A stretch of DNA of 63,365 nt, filler included, from Octopus bimaculoides (GCF_001194135.2; 4 parts of 4 records of this genome joined end to end with filler, not necessarily neighbours in it); one strand, 5' to 3'. Counted from the first letter of the whole stretch, positions 28,806 through 41,919 are shown. Notes: generated from the sequence alone by a model not told the origin. Made by a program: numbers and translations.

Positions 28806-29099
28806 TTCTCCATTGAACTAACCATCTGACAGGTTCTTAGCGTAACACCTATTACTTTCCCCCGTCAACACGTCGTTATCACTTCTGTATCCCTCTTTTC
28901 TCTCCCGTTTTCTCTCACCCTATTATTCTCTCTCGTTTTGTCTCTTTCCCACGTTTTCTGTCCTCTTGCCTCTCTCCTTCCTTTTTCCGTGCTCTTCTCT
29001 TCTCCCTTCAGCTGTCAGCGTGACAGCGTAACACATTTAACCGTAACATGTTAATATACAAATTTTTCTTTGTTGAATTCCATGTCTTTATTATTGTAA

Positions 29100-29530
29100 A
29101 TAATACACGCGCATTTCTTCATTCAATGGAGCTCTCCTTTGTTGTTTTCGCACTCTTTTCTGCTGTCGGTAATGCACACACTATTTTTCACTCATTACAG
29201 CTCTTCTCTGTCAGTAATTTTCTCCTCTACTGGCTGAGGTAATGAGCACGCTCATCTTCATCCATATCTCACCCTTCTTCATTGATGCCATCTTAGTTGT
29301 TCTTGAGAGCAATGAACTCGCTTCTCTTCAGTCATGTTTGCTTTCATAACTTGATTCCTTTCTCTGTGTCGCTAGAAATTCACTACTCGCTCCTCTCCTT
29401 GTATTGCAGCTCTTCTAGCTTGTTCGCGGTGCCCCTTTCTCTCTAATATCGTCTCCTCTTTTCTCTCTCTCAGTCGTTGACTGCAGCGTCTCATCCTATC
29501 TCTTACTTCAGCCATTTTTTCTTCGAATTC
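29100..29530 (-). mobile_element. Decayed charged-repeat coding remnant (Helitron N-terminal-like, tentative)
   Basis: Minus strand MAEVRDRMRRCSQRLRERKEETILERKGHREQARRAAIQGEERV, followed by stops; E/R-rich helical repeat pattern. Confidence 0.35.
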
Positions 29531-30228
29531 TTGTGAGGTTTATCTAATTTGATAAAGCATAATGTACTTTCAAACAACACATCAATAGAGTTAAGCGTGT
29601 AATCATATTTTCAATTCAAATATTACAGTATATTTTCCATAAATTTAAACTATAAATTTCATCATTCTTGATATGCAAAAATGAATATCATATCTATACC
29701 TCATATTTTGATTTATTTAGGGTGAATTAGTTTCAATTTGTATAAATTTCAGTCGAATGCGTTTAATTTAAATAGAACTTGCATAAATAAGAGAAAATTA
29801 AGCAGCTTGTCATTTTAATGATATTTAATGAACACATTAATTTTGACTCACTAATTCAGAAAAAGAATGGCTTCATGTAAGGTGGGTACTACATGTTTAC
29901 TATTAATTCTTGCTCTTTTAAAAAAATAATACTTTTCCTTCTTTCTCTTTATAGCTAATGTCGTCTACACTTTCCCACAATTAATAAGCAAATGTTTCCA
30001 TTGAGCAGATGATAATTACACCAAAGTGCATGCGTTAAGTGAGGAATTTTAAAATGTATAAATATATAAACAAGCAACTCTGTTCGCTGCACAACCGTCA
30101 ACAAGGCTCATTCCAAGTTATTCATTAATTGAGATTATTTTCATTTCGTTTCATTTCACTTCAGTTCAGCGTACGATGTATTTGTATATCTATTAAAATA
30201 GCTAACTTCCTAACTTCCTGCTTTCCTT

Positions 30229-30334
30229 CCTACCTACCTACCTACCTACCTACCTACCTACCTACCTACCTACCTACTTACCTGCCTGCTTGTCTGCTTG
30301 CCTCCCTCCTGTCTGTCTGTCTGTCTGTCTGTCG

Positions 30335-30374
<40 letters not shown>
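30229..30374. repeat. Compound tetranucleotide microsatellite (CCTA)n-(CTGT)n
   Basis: Directly visible. Confidence 0.95.
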
Positions 30375-30375
<1 letters not shown>

Positions 30376-31455
30376 AGTAACTCTCTACTTTCCCTTCTTC
30401 CGATGTGTGCATCTATTTACTTTCATAATACTGATAAGTATTTAAACCTAATAACAAAAGACATAAAGAATCATGGCAGTGCCCCAGCATGGCCACAAGT
30501 TTTGGTCTGAGGTTCGTAAAATATAAAAGCGTAACATTTGCAGTTATTTATTAACCAAGGTTATTTCACTTAAGTTTATGTATATCTTTTAAAACATAAA
30601 TTTATAGATCTTCATGACATTGTTTCGTCGTTTAAAACATTTCGATTGTGCCTGCGACTGAAACACACAAATCAGCAGTGGGACGGGTTAAATGTTATTT
30701 TAGTAAACATTTCCGTTAATTTCGTATACAGAAAATGGGCGCGAAAATGAAAAGTCACGACTAAGAAAATATTTTACTGAAGCAATAAAAAGGAAAACCG
30801 CGATTTGTATGAAAGAAAAATATATTTTAGCTTAGAGTCTTTCGTAACATTTAAATAACATTGAACAAGGGTAGAAAGACAGAGATTAAAAGACAGCGAG
30901 AGAGAGAGGGAAACAGAGAGAAATATATATATATACAGAGAGAGATGGAGGGAGAAAGGGAGAGAGAATTAGAGAGTAAAAGGTTGGGAGAGATAGAGAA
31001 AACAGCAACCGAATAATTTAACGATGTTATCCCGTATTGGAAAGCATTATTTGGACAAAAATAGCTAGATGGATGGATGGATGGATAGATGGATCGATGG
31101 ATGGATGGATGGAATTTGTAATGATAGTGTGGGTGTCGATATCTGACTTACTATTGTTTCAGCTGTAACACTCCCTGGGCCATATGCTGTCGCACACAAT
31201 AAATAGTTGTTCATTTTCAAAGCCGGCGTCATGATATACCTTAGGGAAGAGAATATTGCCTGTCGGCGCTCGAAGTTAATCCTCATTTTTATATTTTTAA
31301 GCATCTATAAATGATTGCGATGACGAATATATATACATACGACAATATATATACATACATATATGCATACATATGTACATACATACATATGTGTGTGTGT
31401 GTGTGTGTGTGTATGTATATATGTATATATATATATGTACACATATGCATATACA

Positions 31456-31490
<35 letters not shown>

Positions 31491-31959
31491 NNNNNNNNNN
31501 NNNNNNNNNNNNNNNNNNNNNNNNNNNNNNNNNNNNNNNNNNNNNNNNNNNNNNNNNNNNNNNNNNNNNNNNNNNNNNNNNNNNNNNNNNNNNNNNNNNN
31601 NNNNNNNNNNNNNNNNNNNNNNNNNNNNNNNNNNNNNNNNNNNNNNNNNNNNNNNNNNNNNNNNNNNNNNNNNNNNNNNNNNNNNNNNNNNNNNNNNNNN
31701 NNNNNNNNNNNNNNNNNNNNNNNNNNNNNNNNNNNNNNNNNNNNNNNNNNNNNNNNNNNNNNNNNNATATATGTATATATATATATATATATATGCACGC
31801 ATACACACATATATGCATATGTAGCTGTGAAATGCTGCAACTATTCTTATTAATTATTGTATTATTTCTTTCCAGGTAAACTGACATATGACTATTCAAA
31901 TACAAAACAAAAATAAAAATAATAACTCGTAGCGATCTTGAAAATGAACAAAATTTGGC

Positions 31960-32260
31960 ATCGTGCTGTTATGAAGTCCCTGTAGAAAAAGGATTTATAC
32001 CCCTACGACAGCCATGCTAATATGATGCTACAGCTTTATCAATAGTGCAAAATTAGGTCACTGAATTTAGAAAAGGAGAGAGAATTTTTGACGTTGACGC
32101 AAGGTCTGGACGTCCTGCAACTGCCCCAGCGAGGAAAACATTGATCGTGTTCCCTACATGCTGATGGAAGACAGTCAAATGGCTATAAATTGAATAGCTA
32201 ATGCTATTAGCATATTCTAATTTGTCCTTGTGTAACTATCATCTGTTCCCCAACATAAAA
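31960..32260 (+). mobile_element. mariner N-terminal (HTH) fragment
   Basis: VTEFRKGERIFDVDARSGRPATA matches the mariner W...F..G...D..RSGRP motif. Confidence 0.65.
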
Positions 32261-32469
32261 AAACCCGACTTGGCTGGAAACATACATACATACAGACAGA
32301 ATGACAGACTGACAGCTTGACAGAGGCAGAGATAATCATGCAAATAAACAAATAAAACTGTTTGGGTTTGATGAATAAAATATCTATACTTTGTCTACAT
32401 GTAAATAGAAAGAGAGGTACGACTGAAAATTCTCAGAAAATTCTCAGGTATACATATGTAGATATTTAT

Positions 32470-32625
32470 ATATTGGTTTCAAATTTTGGCAGAAGGCCAG
32501 GAAGTACGGGGAAGTATGTAAGTCGATGACACTGACTCAATAATTCAACTGATACTTATTTTATTAAACTCGAAAGGACGAAAGGCAATGTCGACCTCGG
32601 CGGAAGTTGAACTCGGAACAAAGAA
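32470..32625 (-). mobile_element. tRNA-derived SINE fragment
   Basis: cgaaaggacgaaaggcaatgtcgacctcggcggaagttgaactc, the reverse of the family B-box/core. Confidence 0.7.
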
Positions 32626-32936
32626 AATTTCCTCAGAGTACAAATACACAGAAGTCTAGAGAAGATAAGGTGCTATATATTTAACACTATACCACTTGTT
32701 GCACCAGACAATCGGATATTGCTATATATCGCTGGTCACAATGCGCTTCCTTACACTGTTGTAGATTTCGAATGATGGAACTCCGCTGGTTTAAATACCA
32801 ACTGAACGGATGGTAGTCCTTCGCAGGTTTACAATTTACTACGAATGTATGTATGTATGTATGTATGTATGTATGTATGTATGTATGTATGTATGTATGT
32901 ATGCATGTATGCATGCATGTATGTATGTATGCATGT

Positions 32937-32974
<38 letters not shown>

Positions 32975-34012
32975 NNNNNNNNNNNNNNNNNNNNNNNNNN
33001 NNNNNNNNNNNNNNNNNNNNNNNNNNNNNNNNNNNNNNNNNNNNNNNNNNNNNNNNNNNNNNNNNNNNNNNNNNNNNNNNNNNNNNNNNNNNNNNNNNNN
33101 NNNNNNNNNNNNNNNNNNNNNNNNNNNNNNNNNNNNNNNNNNNNNNNNNNNNNNNNNNNNNNNNNNNNNNNNNNNNNNNNNNNNNNNNNNNNNNNNNNNN
33201 NNNNNNNNNNNNNNNNNNNNNNNNNNNNNNNNNNNNNNNNNNNNNNNNNNNNNNNNNNNNNNNNNNNNNNNNNNNNNNNNNNNNNNNNNNNNNNNNNNNN
33301 NNNNNNNNNNNNNNNNNNNNNNNNNNNNNNNNNNNNNNNNNNNNNNNNNNNNNNNNNNNNNNNNNNNNNNNNNNNNNNNNNNNNNNNNNNNNNNNNNNNN
33401 NNNNNNNNNNNNNNNNNNNNNNNNNNNNNNNNNNNNNNNNNNNNNNNNNNNNNNNNNNNNNNNNNNNNNNNNNNNNNNNNNNNNNNNNNNNNNNNNNNNN
33501 NNNNNNNNNNNNNNNNNNNNNNNNNNNNNNNNNNNNNNNNNNNNNNNNNNNNNNNNNNNNNNNNNNNNNNNNNNNNNNNNNNNNNNNNNNNNNNNNNNNN
33601 NNNNNNNNNNNNNNNNNNNNNNNNNNNNNNNNNNNNNNNNNNNNNNNNNNNNNNNNNNNNNNNNNNNNNNNNNNNNNNNNNNNNNNNNNNNNNNNNNNNN
33701 NNNNNNNNNNNNNNNNNNNNNNNNNNNNNNNNNNNNNNNNNNNNNNNNNCATGCACACATATGAGCGTGCACACATATGAGCGTGCACACATACGAGCTT
33801 GCACACACTCACATGCTCATACCGAACAGTTTCGAAACAACGCCAAAACAACGCCAAATCATACATTCAAAATAAATGGAAGTGGAGAGACAAGTTACTG
33901 AAGAGATTGCAAGAGTGCAATGAAATAATTTAACAAAAAACTATAAATTAATATAGGACTGAACCAGTGCGTGTGTTTATTACCGGCATAATGCCTCTCC
34001 CAAGGTTTAATT

Positions 34013-34060
<48 letters not shown>

Positions 34061-35959
34061 TAATAAATACATGGTGTAAATGTAGTAATAAGTGGAAAAA
34101 ATAAGCAATTCACAAGTTAATAATACTTATGATCTTCGTCGTCGTCGTCGGTCATTCATAAACATTGAACGAAAAATACTATTAAATTTGGTTTTGATTA
34201 GAACTAATAGAACGTGTAAAAGCTTTTAAATATGTAAAATTAATATTCACTTAAGACCTGGAAAATTAAATAAATGAATAATTAATGAAAAAATGAGTAA
34301 ATGGCTTTTATTTCAATGATTTTTTCTCTTATGATCATCCCAATCACCATCGTGTAATAATCATGGAATGACTAAGATAAATACAGAATTAGGAAAAACA
34401 ATATCGGTTAATGATTATATTTTACTTACCACATAATCATTAGCGTCATGGCAATCCTATGGATAATTGGTTGTCTTTAAATTCGGGAAAAATTGCAATG
34501 AAATTTCAATTTATAGTGCAAACAGTTGCAAAATTATTTCAAACAATTTAGGGAATGGTATTAAAAAAATAACTTAAGATTTCACAAATTATATCATAAA
34601 GTAAATTAATTCATTCTAATCCGAAATGAAAAAATTTACACGTTGTTTTTTAGAGAAAGCATACCATCTGGTATTTAATTGAGAAAATGGTTTAAAATGT
34701 AAATCTAAATTTAATTTCATTTTTCAGAAGACTAAAAAATAAAAATTGAACGTGTCTAATATTTAAGTGCGAATGTATAATCTAAGCACGTTTCTAATTG
34801 AAAGAAAAATGATGTTATTTCTGGAGGATGAAAATACAAACATAACATGGATAACTTGTTCCTTTTCACACTCCGTGTATTCTTTCATGAAAAAAAAAAA
34901 AAAAAAAATCTGCTCTGCGATTTTTGCTGTTGCTTATTCTATAGTAAACCTTTTTTGTTTTCCAATGCTTAAATTTGATTCATGTCTATCTTATTTTTGC
35001 TTTGAATCAGTAGCTTAAGTGGCGAGTGAGCGTCCGGTAATAATTTGACATGTGTAGTGTATTCCAGAAGAGTTTCAACCGAAATACTGAACTAGGTTTC
35101 TCGAAACTGTTGACCTATCGATGTGGCCATGCGTAATCTCATCATTTGATAATAAAATCGGGAGAATGAAATCTGAAATTCGGTTCTGTTTGCTGTGTAC
35201 CACAGAAACAAAACTTTCAAACGCACTGTTGCAACTGTTTGAGCTTTCTAGTATTGTTCACTTGAAAAGTAATGTCAAACAGCTGTTGTGGTAAGAAGGA
35301 ATTGAGTAAAGTAGACGCAATTGTAAAGACTGCGCCAACATTTTCATTTCACTGTGCAGGACAGAGGTGTTCATCTGCTTGGTGCCAAAGATTAAATATG
35401 TTCAATGGTGGATTGAACCGAAAGGATTTCTCTACGCGTCGTTCGATGAAGAGGATGACGATTCAGATGATATTTTTCAGTAAATTGCCTCAAAAGGTGA
35501 AGGAATATTGGAAAGCTGAGGATCAGATGGACATATTTACTTTCAGTCTACGTCGGTCAGTCGGTCAAAGAACAAAGCTGTAAAATAGCAGTTGGTCTTC
35601 ATAGTCAGGGTAACACAGGATTTATGGCTTCTTTGACACAAACAGATGTGTTCCCATCCAGAGGAATCGCTTCATTTTTTAAAATTTATGCTTTCTAATT
35701 CTCTTCTTACTGAATCGATTCTTTAGGAATCTTCACCGATTTCGAAATATCTCCCCGTCTATCGCTTTTCTTATTATTGTTGTCCTTTTCATTACAGCTT
35801 TAATTCTTACGTAGGCAGAGATAACTGCTATTTACAAACGAGGGATTAAAATGGCGTTCCTTTCATTAAGACAACTGACAACAAACATAACTGTAGCAGA
35901 TATCTAAGGCCACAATATCACCATCATCATTGTCCTTATCGTCGTCGTTGTCATCATCG

Positions 35960-36009
<50 letters not shown>

Positions 36010-37044
36010 GATATCTATATCTGCAGTCAAAGAACTATAAGAGCTGTTACGATAACAATAGATAATAATGTATACTTGGGAATTGTTTTGCCAAGTGAAA
36101 TATTCTTTGTGTCATTGAAATGACAGATATTTTGAAAAGAGGAAATATTAGAAACAAGCATAATAAATGTCTGGGAAATCTTTCAGGATTTGGAAATGGT
36201 AAAATGGTATTTGAGACTGACATGTTGACGCATTGGTAAATAATACCTGAATAAATAAAAAAATGCATACGTAGCATTTCGGTCGACACACACACGCGCG
36301 CGCACAGACGCGCACCCACACATGCACACCTGCACCCCTCCACATGCACACATACACACACACATATACTCACTCACTTAAATTTACATGGTTTTCACCG
36401 TGAATTTCATTGAAAGTGGGCAACCTTTGTTTAGAAATGATGAAAATAACATTTGTTATTTGCAGTAGACATACAAATAATCTACGATATAGCTAGGTGC
36501 ACAACTTGGACAACAGGTGAGATTTGTATATAAATATATGCAAAGCAATCTTAATCTTCGGCTTAAGAGGGATGTTGTGTTAGAACAACGAACATACTTT
36601 GAGAGAATCACTTATAAGAACTAATGGTGCATAAAAACACTTGTACTTATTTCATGGTATCCTGGGACCGCGAAATAACATGATTGTTAGTTTTTCCCTG
36701 CCTAGGCTCCTCAGTCACAGGCGTTCGGTAGCAACATAACATCAGAATCTCCTTGTCACCCGATATATAGAATTTCAGAGTCTGCCCAGACTTTCATGCC
36801 ACAAATAGCCTATGGGAATTTAAAAATAAATAATACCGACAGAAAGTACTTGATAAAGATGGCTTTTGGCATTAGCACCTCTTGTATCGCTATTAATTAT
36901 ATATATATACATACATACAATAAACTGGAAGTGGACAGCGGCGAGGCCGGTGAGAGCGTGTGCTTATGTATATGAAATGATTGAGTGCGTTGATGTGGCT
37001 GTGTTGTATTTGTTCGTCCGTCGTTTATCTATCTACCTACCTAC

Positions 37045-37108
<64 letters not shown>

Positions 37109-37291
37109 ATAATCATAAATATACAGGGATTAGCAGGAACTGCTTCTCCAACATACTGAGAATTCAGAAATAGCAGTCAAAGAACTACTGATTCCAAACT
37201 ACAAATTTTTTCTCTAACGGATGGCGATATTTATGGCACACACAGAACAAAAAACAGAAGAGAAGAGTAAAAACAAACCTGCCTTTAGTTA

Positions 37292-37354
37292 ATTGGGTAC
37301 GACGTTTCACGGTTAAGGGTATGCACTAACCCTATTCCGATCTTCAGCCTCAAT
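37292..37354 (-). ncRNA. Type I hammerhead-ribozyme-like motif, copy 1
   Basis: ATTGAGG-CTGAAGA-T-CGG aat AGGGT tagtgcat ACCCT taa CCG-T-GAAA-C GTC G-TA-CCCAAT; predicted cleavage after GUA (between 37298 and 37297). U-U at 10.1-11.1 is non-canonical. Confidence 0.55.
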
Positions 37355-37861
37355 ATTCGAATAAATTTGCAAGTGTCTAATAACTCATGTGAATTTTGAC
37401 CATACGACAAAAAGACCACGTGAGGCAGACACTAAGAAATTTATCGGCTAGTGAGTTCAAATCACCTCACCTCAATGAATCTATTCAATGTGTGTCATAA
37501 ATACTCCCGTATAGAAAAAAGTCCCGTATGTAGGATTGCGGTTTAACCATCCAACTTAGAGGCATTACTATTAAAATATAGATATATAGGGCAGGGAATC
37601 GTCGATTAGTAATGAAATTAATAATTAGCAATTTTGCCGAGTAGCTCCATATGAAAAAACCTTTATCGGTAAAACCATTTATAATCATATATATACAGGG
37701 ATTAGCAGGAGCTGCTTTTCCAACATACTGAGAATTCAGAAATAGCAGTCAAAGAACTACTGATTCCAAACTACAAATTTTTTCTCTAACGGATGGCGAT
37801 ATTTATGGCACACACAACAAAAAACAGAAGAGAAGAGTAAAAACAAACCTGCCTTTAATTA

Positions 37862-37924
37862 ATAGGGTACGACGTTTCACGGTTAAGGGTATGAGGTTAC
37901 CCTATTCCGATCTTCAGCCTCAAT
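37862..37924 (-). ncRNA. Type I hammerhead-ribozyme-like motif, copy 2
   Basis: Same core (CTGAAGA 37917-37911, GAAA 37878-37875, GUA 37870-37868); loop II is acctca; one extra mismatch in stem I. Confidence 0.5.
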
Positions 37925-38388
37925 ATTCGAATAAATTTGCAAGTGTCTAATAACTCATGTGAATTTTGACCATGCGACATCAAGACCACGTGAGGCAGAC
38001 ATTAAGAAATTTATCGGCTAGTGAGTTCAAAACATCTCACCTCAATGAATCTATTCAATGTGTGTATAGAAAAATGTCCCGTATGTTGGGTTGCGGTTTA
38101 ACCATCCAACTTAGAGGCATTACTATAAAATATAGATATATAGGGCAGGGAATCGTCAATTAGTAATAACATTAATAATTAACAATTTTGCCGAGTAGCT
38201 CAGTATGAAAAAACCTCTATATACGGGACTATTTATGACTATTTATGACACACATTGAATAGATTCATTGAGGTGAGGTGTTTTGAACTCACTAGTCGAT
38301 AAATTTCTAAGTGTCTGCCTCACGTGGTCTTGATGTCGCATGGTCAAAATTCACATGAGTTATTAGACACTTGCAAATTTATTCTAAT

Positions 38389-38451
38389 ATTGAGGCTGAA
38401 GATCGGAATAGGGTAACTTCATACCCTTAACCGTGAAACGTCGTACCCAAT
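38389..38451 (+). ncRNA. Type I hammerhead-ribozyme-like motif, copy 3 (inverted)
   Basis: CTGAAGA 38396-38402, stem II cgg/ccg plus agggta/taccct with loop acttca, GAAA 38435-38438, GTA 38443-38445, then cccaat. Confidence 0.55.
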
Positions 38452-39089
38452 TAACTAAAGGCAGGTTTGTTTTTACTCTTCTCTTCTGTTTTTTGTTCTG
38501 TGTGTGCCATAAATATCGCCATCCGTTAGAGAAAAAATTTGTAGTTTGAAATCAGTAGTTCTTAGACTGCTATTTCTGAATTCTCAGTATGTTGGAGAAG
38601 CAGCTCCTGCTAATCCCTGTATATTTATGATTATAAATGGCTTTACCGATAAAGGTTTTTTCATACTGAGCTACTCGGCAAAATTGTTAATTATTAATTT
38701 TATTACTAATTGACGATTCCCTGCCCTATATATCTATATATCTATCTATATATATATATGTATAAAACAAATAATAAATGAGTATATGCATATATACGTA
38801 CAGGTATGTGCATACCTACGTCTACCTGTATATATAGGTGCATATCTGGGTACAGGACATTGCAAACAAGGCGTAGACAAGAAAATAATAATAACCAGAT
38901 TACAGAAATCACACCAGCCACATAGAGAACATTTTCCTTCATCAGCTACCCCCATTTCAACACCGGCGTTTCGAAGAGTTGTGTATATATATATACATAT
39001 ACATATACACACACGCACACATAAACACACACACACATATATATATAACCACTCACCCACCTACGTACCTACCTACCTACCTACCTACC

Positions 39090-39230
39090 TACCTGAATCC
39101 GAATTGAATTCCTGGCCTGGGTTTTGCATTGTGTTCTTCAGTAAAAACGTTTCATCTCACGGTAGTGTGCGATCACTTCGACACCTGACTCCTGCTGCAT
39201 CGTGCACAGCGACGTCAATTTGATGGCGAA
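39090..39230 (+). mobile_element. SINE fragment
   Basis: gcattgtgttcttcagtaaaaacgtttcatctcac...cgatcacttcgacacctgac; homologous, inverted, to 51468-51560. Confidence 0.55.
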
Positions 39231-39854
39231 AATGTGTTAGTGTACAACACATACATTTGATTATTATAAATCAGTAATTTGTGAAAGCTGCTCAGAACCG
39301 TCTACCGTTATGTCTACGGGTGTGTATGTGCTTGCACGCGCGGTACATATGGTTGTTTATGACGGTAGAGTTGCAACTGTTGGCTACGAACAAGAGAGAT
39401 TGTGTATATATATGTCTACGTGTGTGTATGTGCATTTGCATGCACTTACGTATATATATATATGGGAGAATATACAAATAATAACAACAGACGAGGACAG
39501 GTGGTGTAAAATAACAAAAGTATATATATATATACGCGTACGTGTGTGTGTGTGTGTATACCTGTCTATTTCGACACCTTTAGGAACGTGTTAACGTACA
39601 TGGACATGTATGTGTGCGTGTGTGTGTATGTATATGCGGATGTATTTTTTAAAGTGTGTGCATATGTGAGTGTGTGTGTGTGTGTGTGTGTGTGAGTGGA
39701 GGTGTTTTGTATGAATCACCGGTGTCAACTCTCTGACAAATATATTTTCCAATATAAAATACATTGACATGAAATCACTTTCACGCCAAACCCCATTAAC
39801 CTGGGCTCTAAGAAAGTCATACCTGCGGATTAGAGGCATTGGAAGGCATGAAGT

Positions 39855-39895
<41 letters not shown>

Positions 39896-40009
39896 NNNNN
39901 NNNNNNNNNNNNNNNNNNNNNNNNNNNNNNNNNNNNNNNTTAATTAATTAANNNNNNNNNNNNNNNNNNNNNNNNNNNNNNNNNNNNNNNNNNNNTATAT
40001 ATATAATGT

Positions 40010-40063
<54 letters not shown>

Positions 40064-40319
40064 CGCACACATACACAGGCGCATACGCTTACGCACAGTT
40101 ATATACATTCACGCAGACTATATACTTTGTTTCTTTCCTGACAACGACAGAAGTTCTTCTGTTCCAAATCTCAGACTTACTCAGTTTCTAACGGAAATCT
40201 TATGAACTGAAACAAAAGAACTTCTGTAAAACTCAAGAAAATAATTACATTGTAATACATACATACGTGCGTGTATATATATATTTCTATATATATCTAT
40301 ATATATATGTGTGTGTGTG

Positions 40320-40356
<37 letters not shown>

Positions 40357-40666
40357 ATGCATGTGTGTGTATGTGTATGTTTGGTGGTGTGTGAAGACAC
40401 GTGTTCTTGAGGTAAGGTTCTTGGGATCACGATCATAAGGTCGTGCGTTCAAGCCCTGAACCACGCGGCTCCTTGTGCATCATGCCCAGCCTTTTTCATT
40501 TCCCGTAGCTTCAGTTTATTGAGGTGAAAATGTGTACCAACTGAACGGTAGTGTAGTCATCTTTACCCCGTGCTATCGCATTCTCGATGCCCCTTGGAAC
40601 ATAACATACCCCACCTATATATATATAGGCATGTATGTATATATATGCATATATATGTATGCGTGC

Positions 40667-40710
<44 letters not shown>

Positions 40711-41845
40711 NNNNNNNNNNNNNNNNNNNNNNNNNNNNNNNNNNNNNNNNNNNNNNNNNNNNNNNNNNNNNNNNNNNNNNNNNNNNNNNNNNNNNNNNNN
40801 NNNNNNNNNNNNNNNNNNNNNNNNNNNNNNNNNNNNNNNNNNNNNNNNNNNNNNNNNNNNNNNNNNNNNNNNNNNNNNNNNNNNNNNNNNNNNNNNNNNN
40901 NNNTATATATATATATATATATATATATATCTAACTTTACATTTTAAATTTTATACATGTATATTTATATACACACTCATATACATACACACATACATAT
41001 ATAACTTTATGAGTATTCTTAAGAATCAAGGGACATCAACCTATAGGACGCCAGAAATGATTAGCTGTGATAACGTAGAGCCCACGGTCAAAAAACAAAA
41101 AAACAAAAAAAAAACATTGAATATATCAAGTGTCGGTAGGCTACCGTAGATATACAAGTACCAAGTCTAATTTAAAACTATAGATCCGAATCAGGAGCGG
41201 GTCTTCTGTGTTGCGTACGTATAAAAAGTAAAGACAAATTATGTTTAAAATTTACGACTGCTGTTTCGTTAGAACATTATTTAATGCAGTTATGAAAGAT
41301 AATATCATAACATAGTATCCACCATCATCAAATAAAATTTTAATAAATAAAATTTTAAGCATCGACCCAGACCTAGAAAACATTAGCTGGGCTAACTAAC
41401 TGAGTCTAAGTTTTACATTCAAATAAATAGGAGATTTAGAAGGTGTGGCTCAAAACAGGCGAATAAGAAACAGGCGAGATCATATAAATATGCAATTTAA
41501 ATTGACTTATCTAAAATATTTTATGGTTTAAGAATGACACCGTATCATCTGAGAAATCAATAGTCATAGCAGTGCTAGATGTTGTAATTGAAAAGTCACC
41601 GAAACCTTAGTAAATTTATTCTCAGTTAAAGGAGATCTGTCAAGGAGTTCACCGACCACCGACGTGAAACATCTAACTGTCATCAGCCTTGAACCCTTCA
41701 TATCCGTACGTTCGCACAATAGATACACATACATACATACATACATACATACATTCATACATACATACATACATACATGCATTCATACATACATACATAC
41801 ATACATACATTCATACACACATACATACATACACACATACACACG

Positions 41846-41919
<74 letters not shown>

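Larger units (their letters stand above)
37108..38739. repeat. ~572-bp unit: two tandem copies (37108-37679, 37680-38216) plus a permuted inverted copy (38217-38739)
   Basis: tataatcat...acagggattagcagga begins at 37108 and 37680. The inverted copy carries the reverse complement (gcagctcctgctaatccctgtatatttatgattata at about 38600-38636). Copies differ by scattered substitutions and indels. Confidence 0.95.

Noticed and set aside
34425-34480. Minus-strand gtaagt donor with upstream open stretch
   Set aside because: The translation has no KCNQ similarity and there is no clear acceptor.
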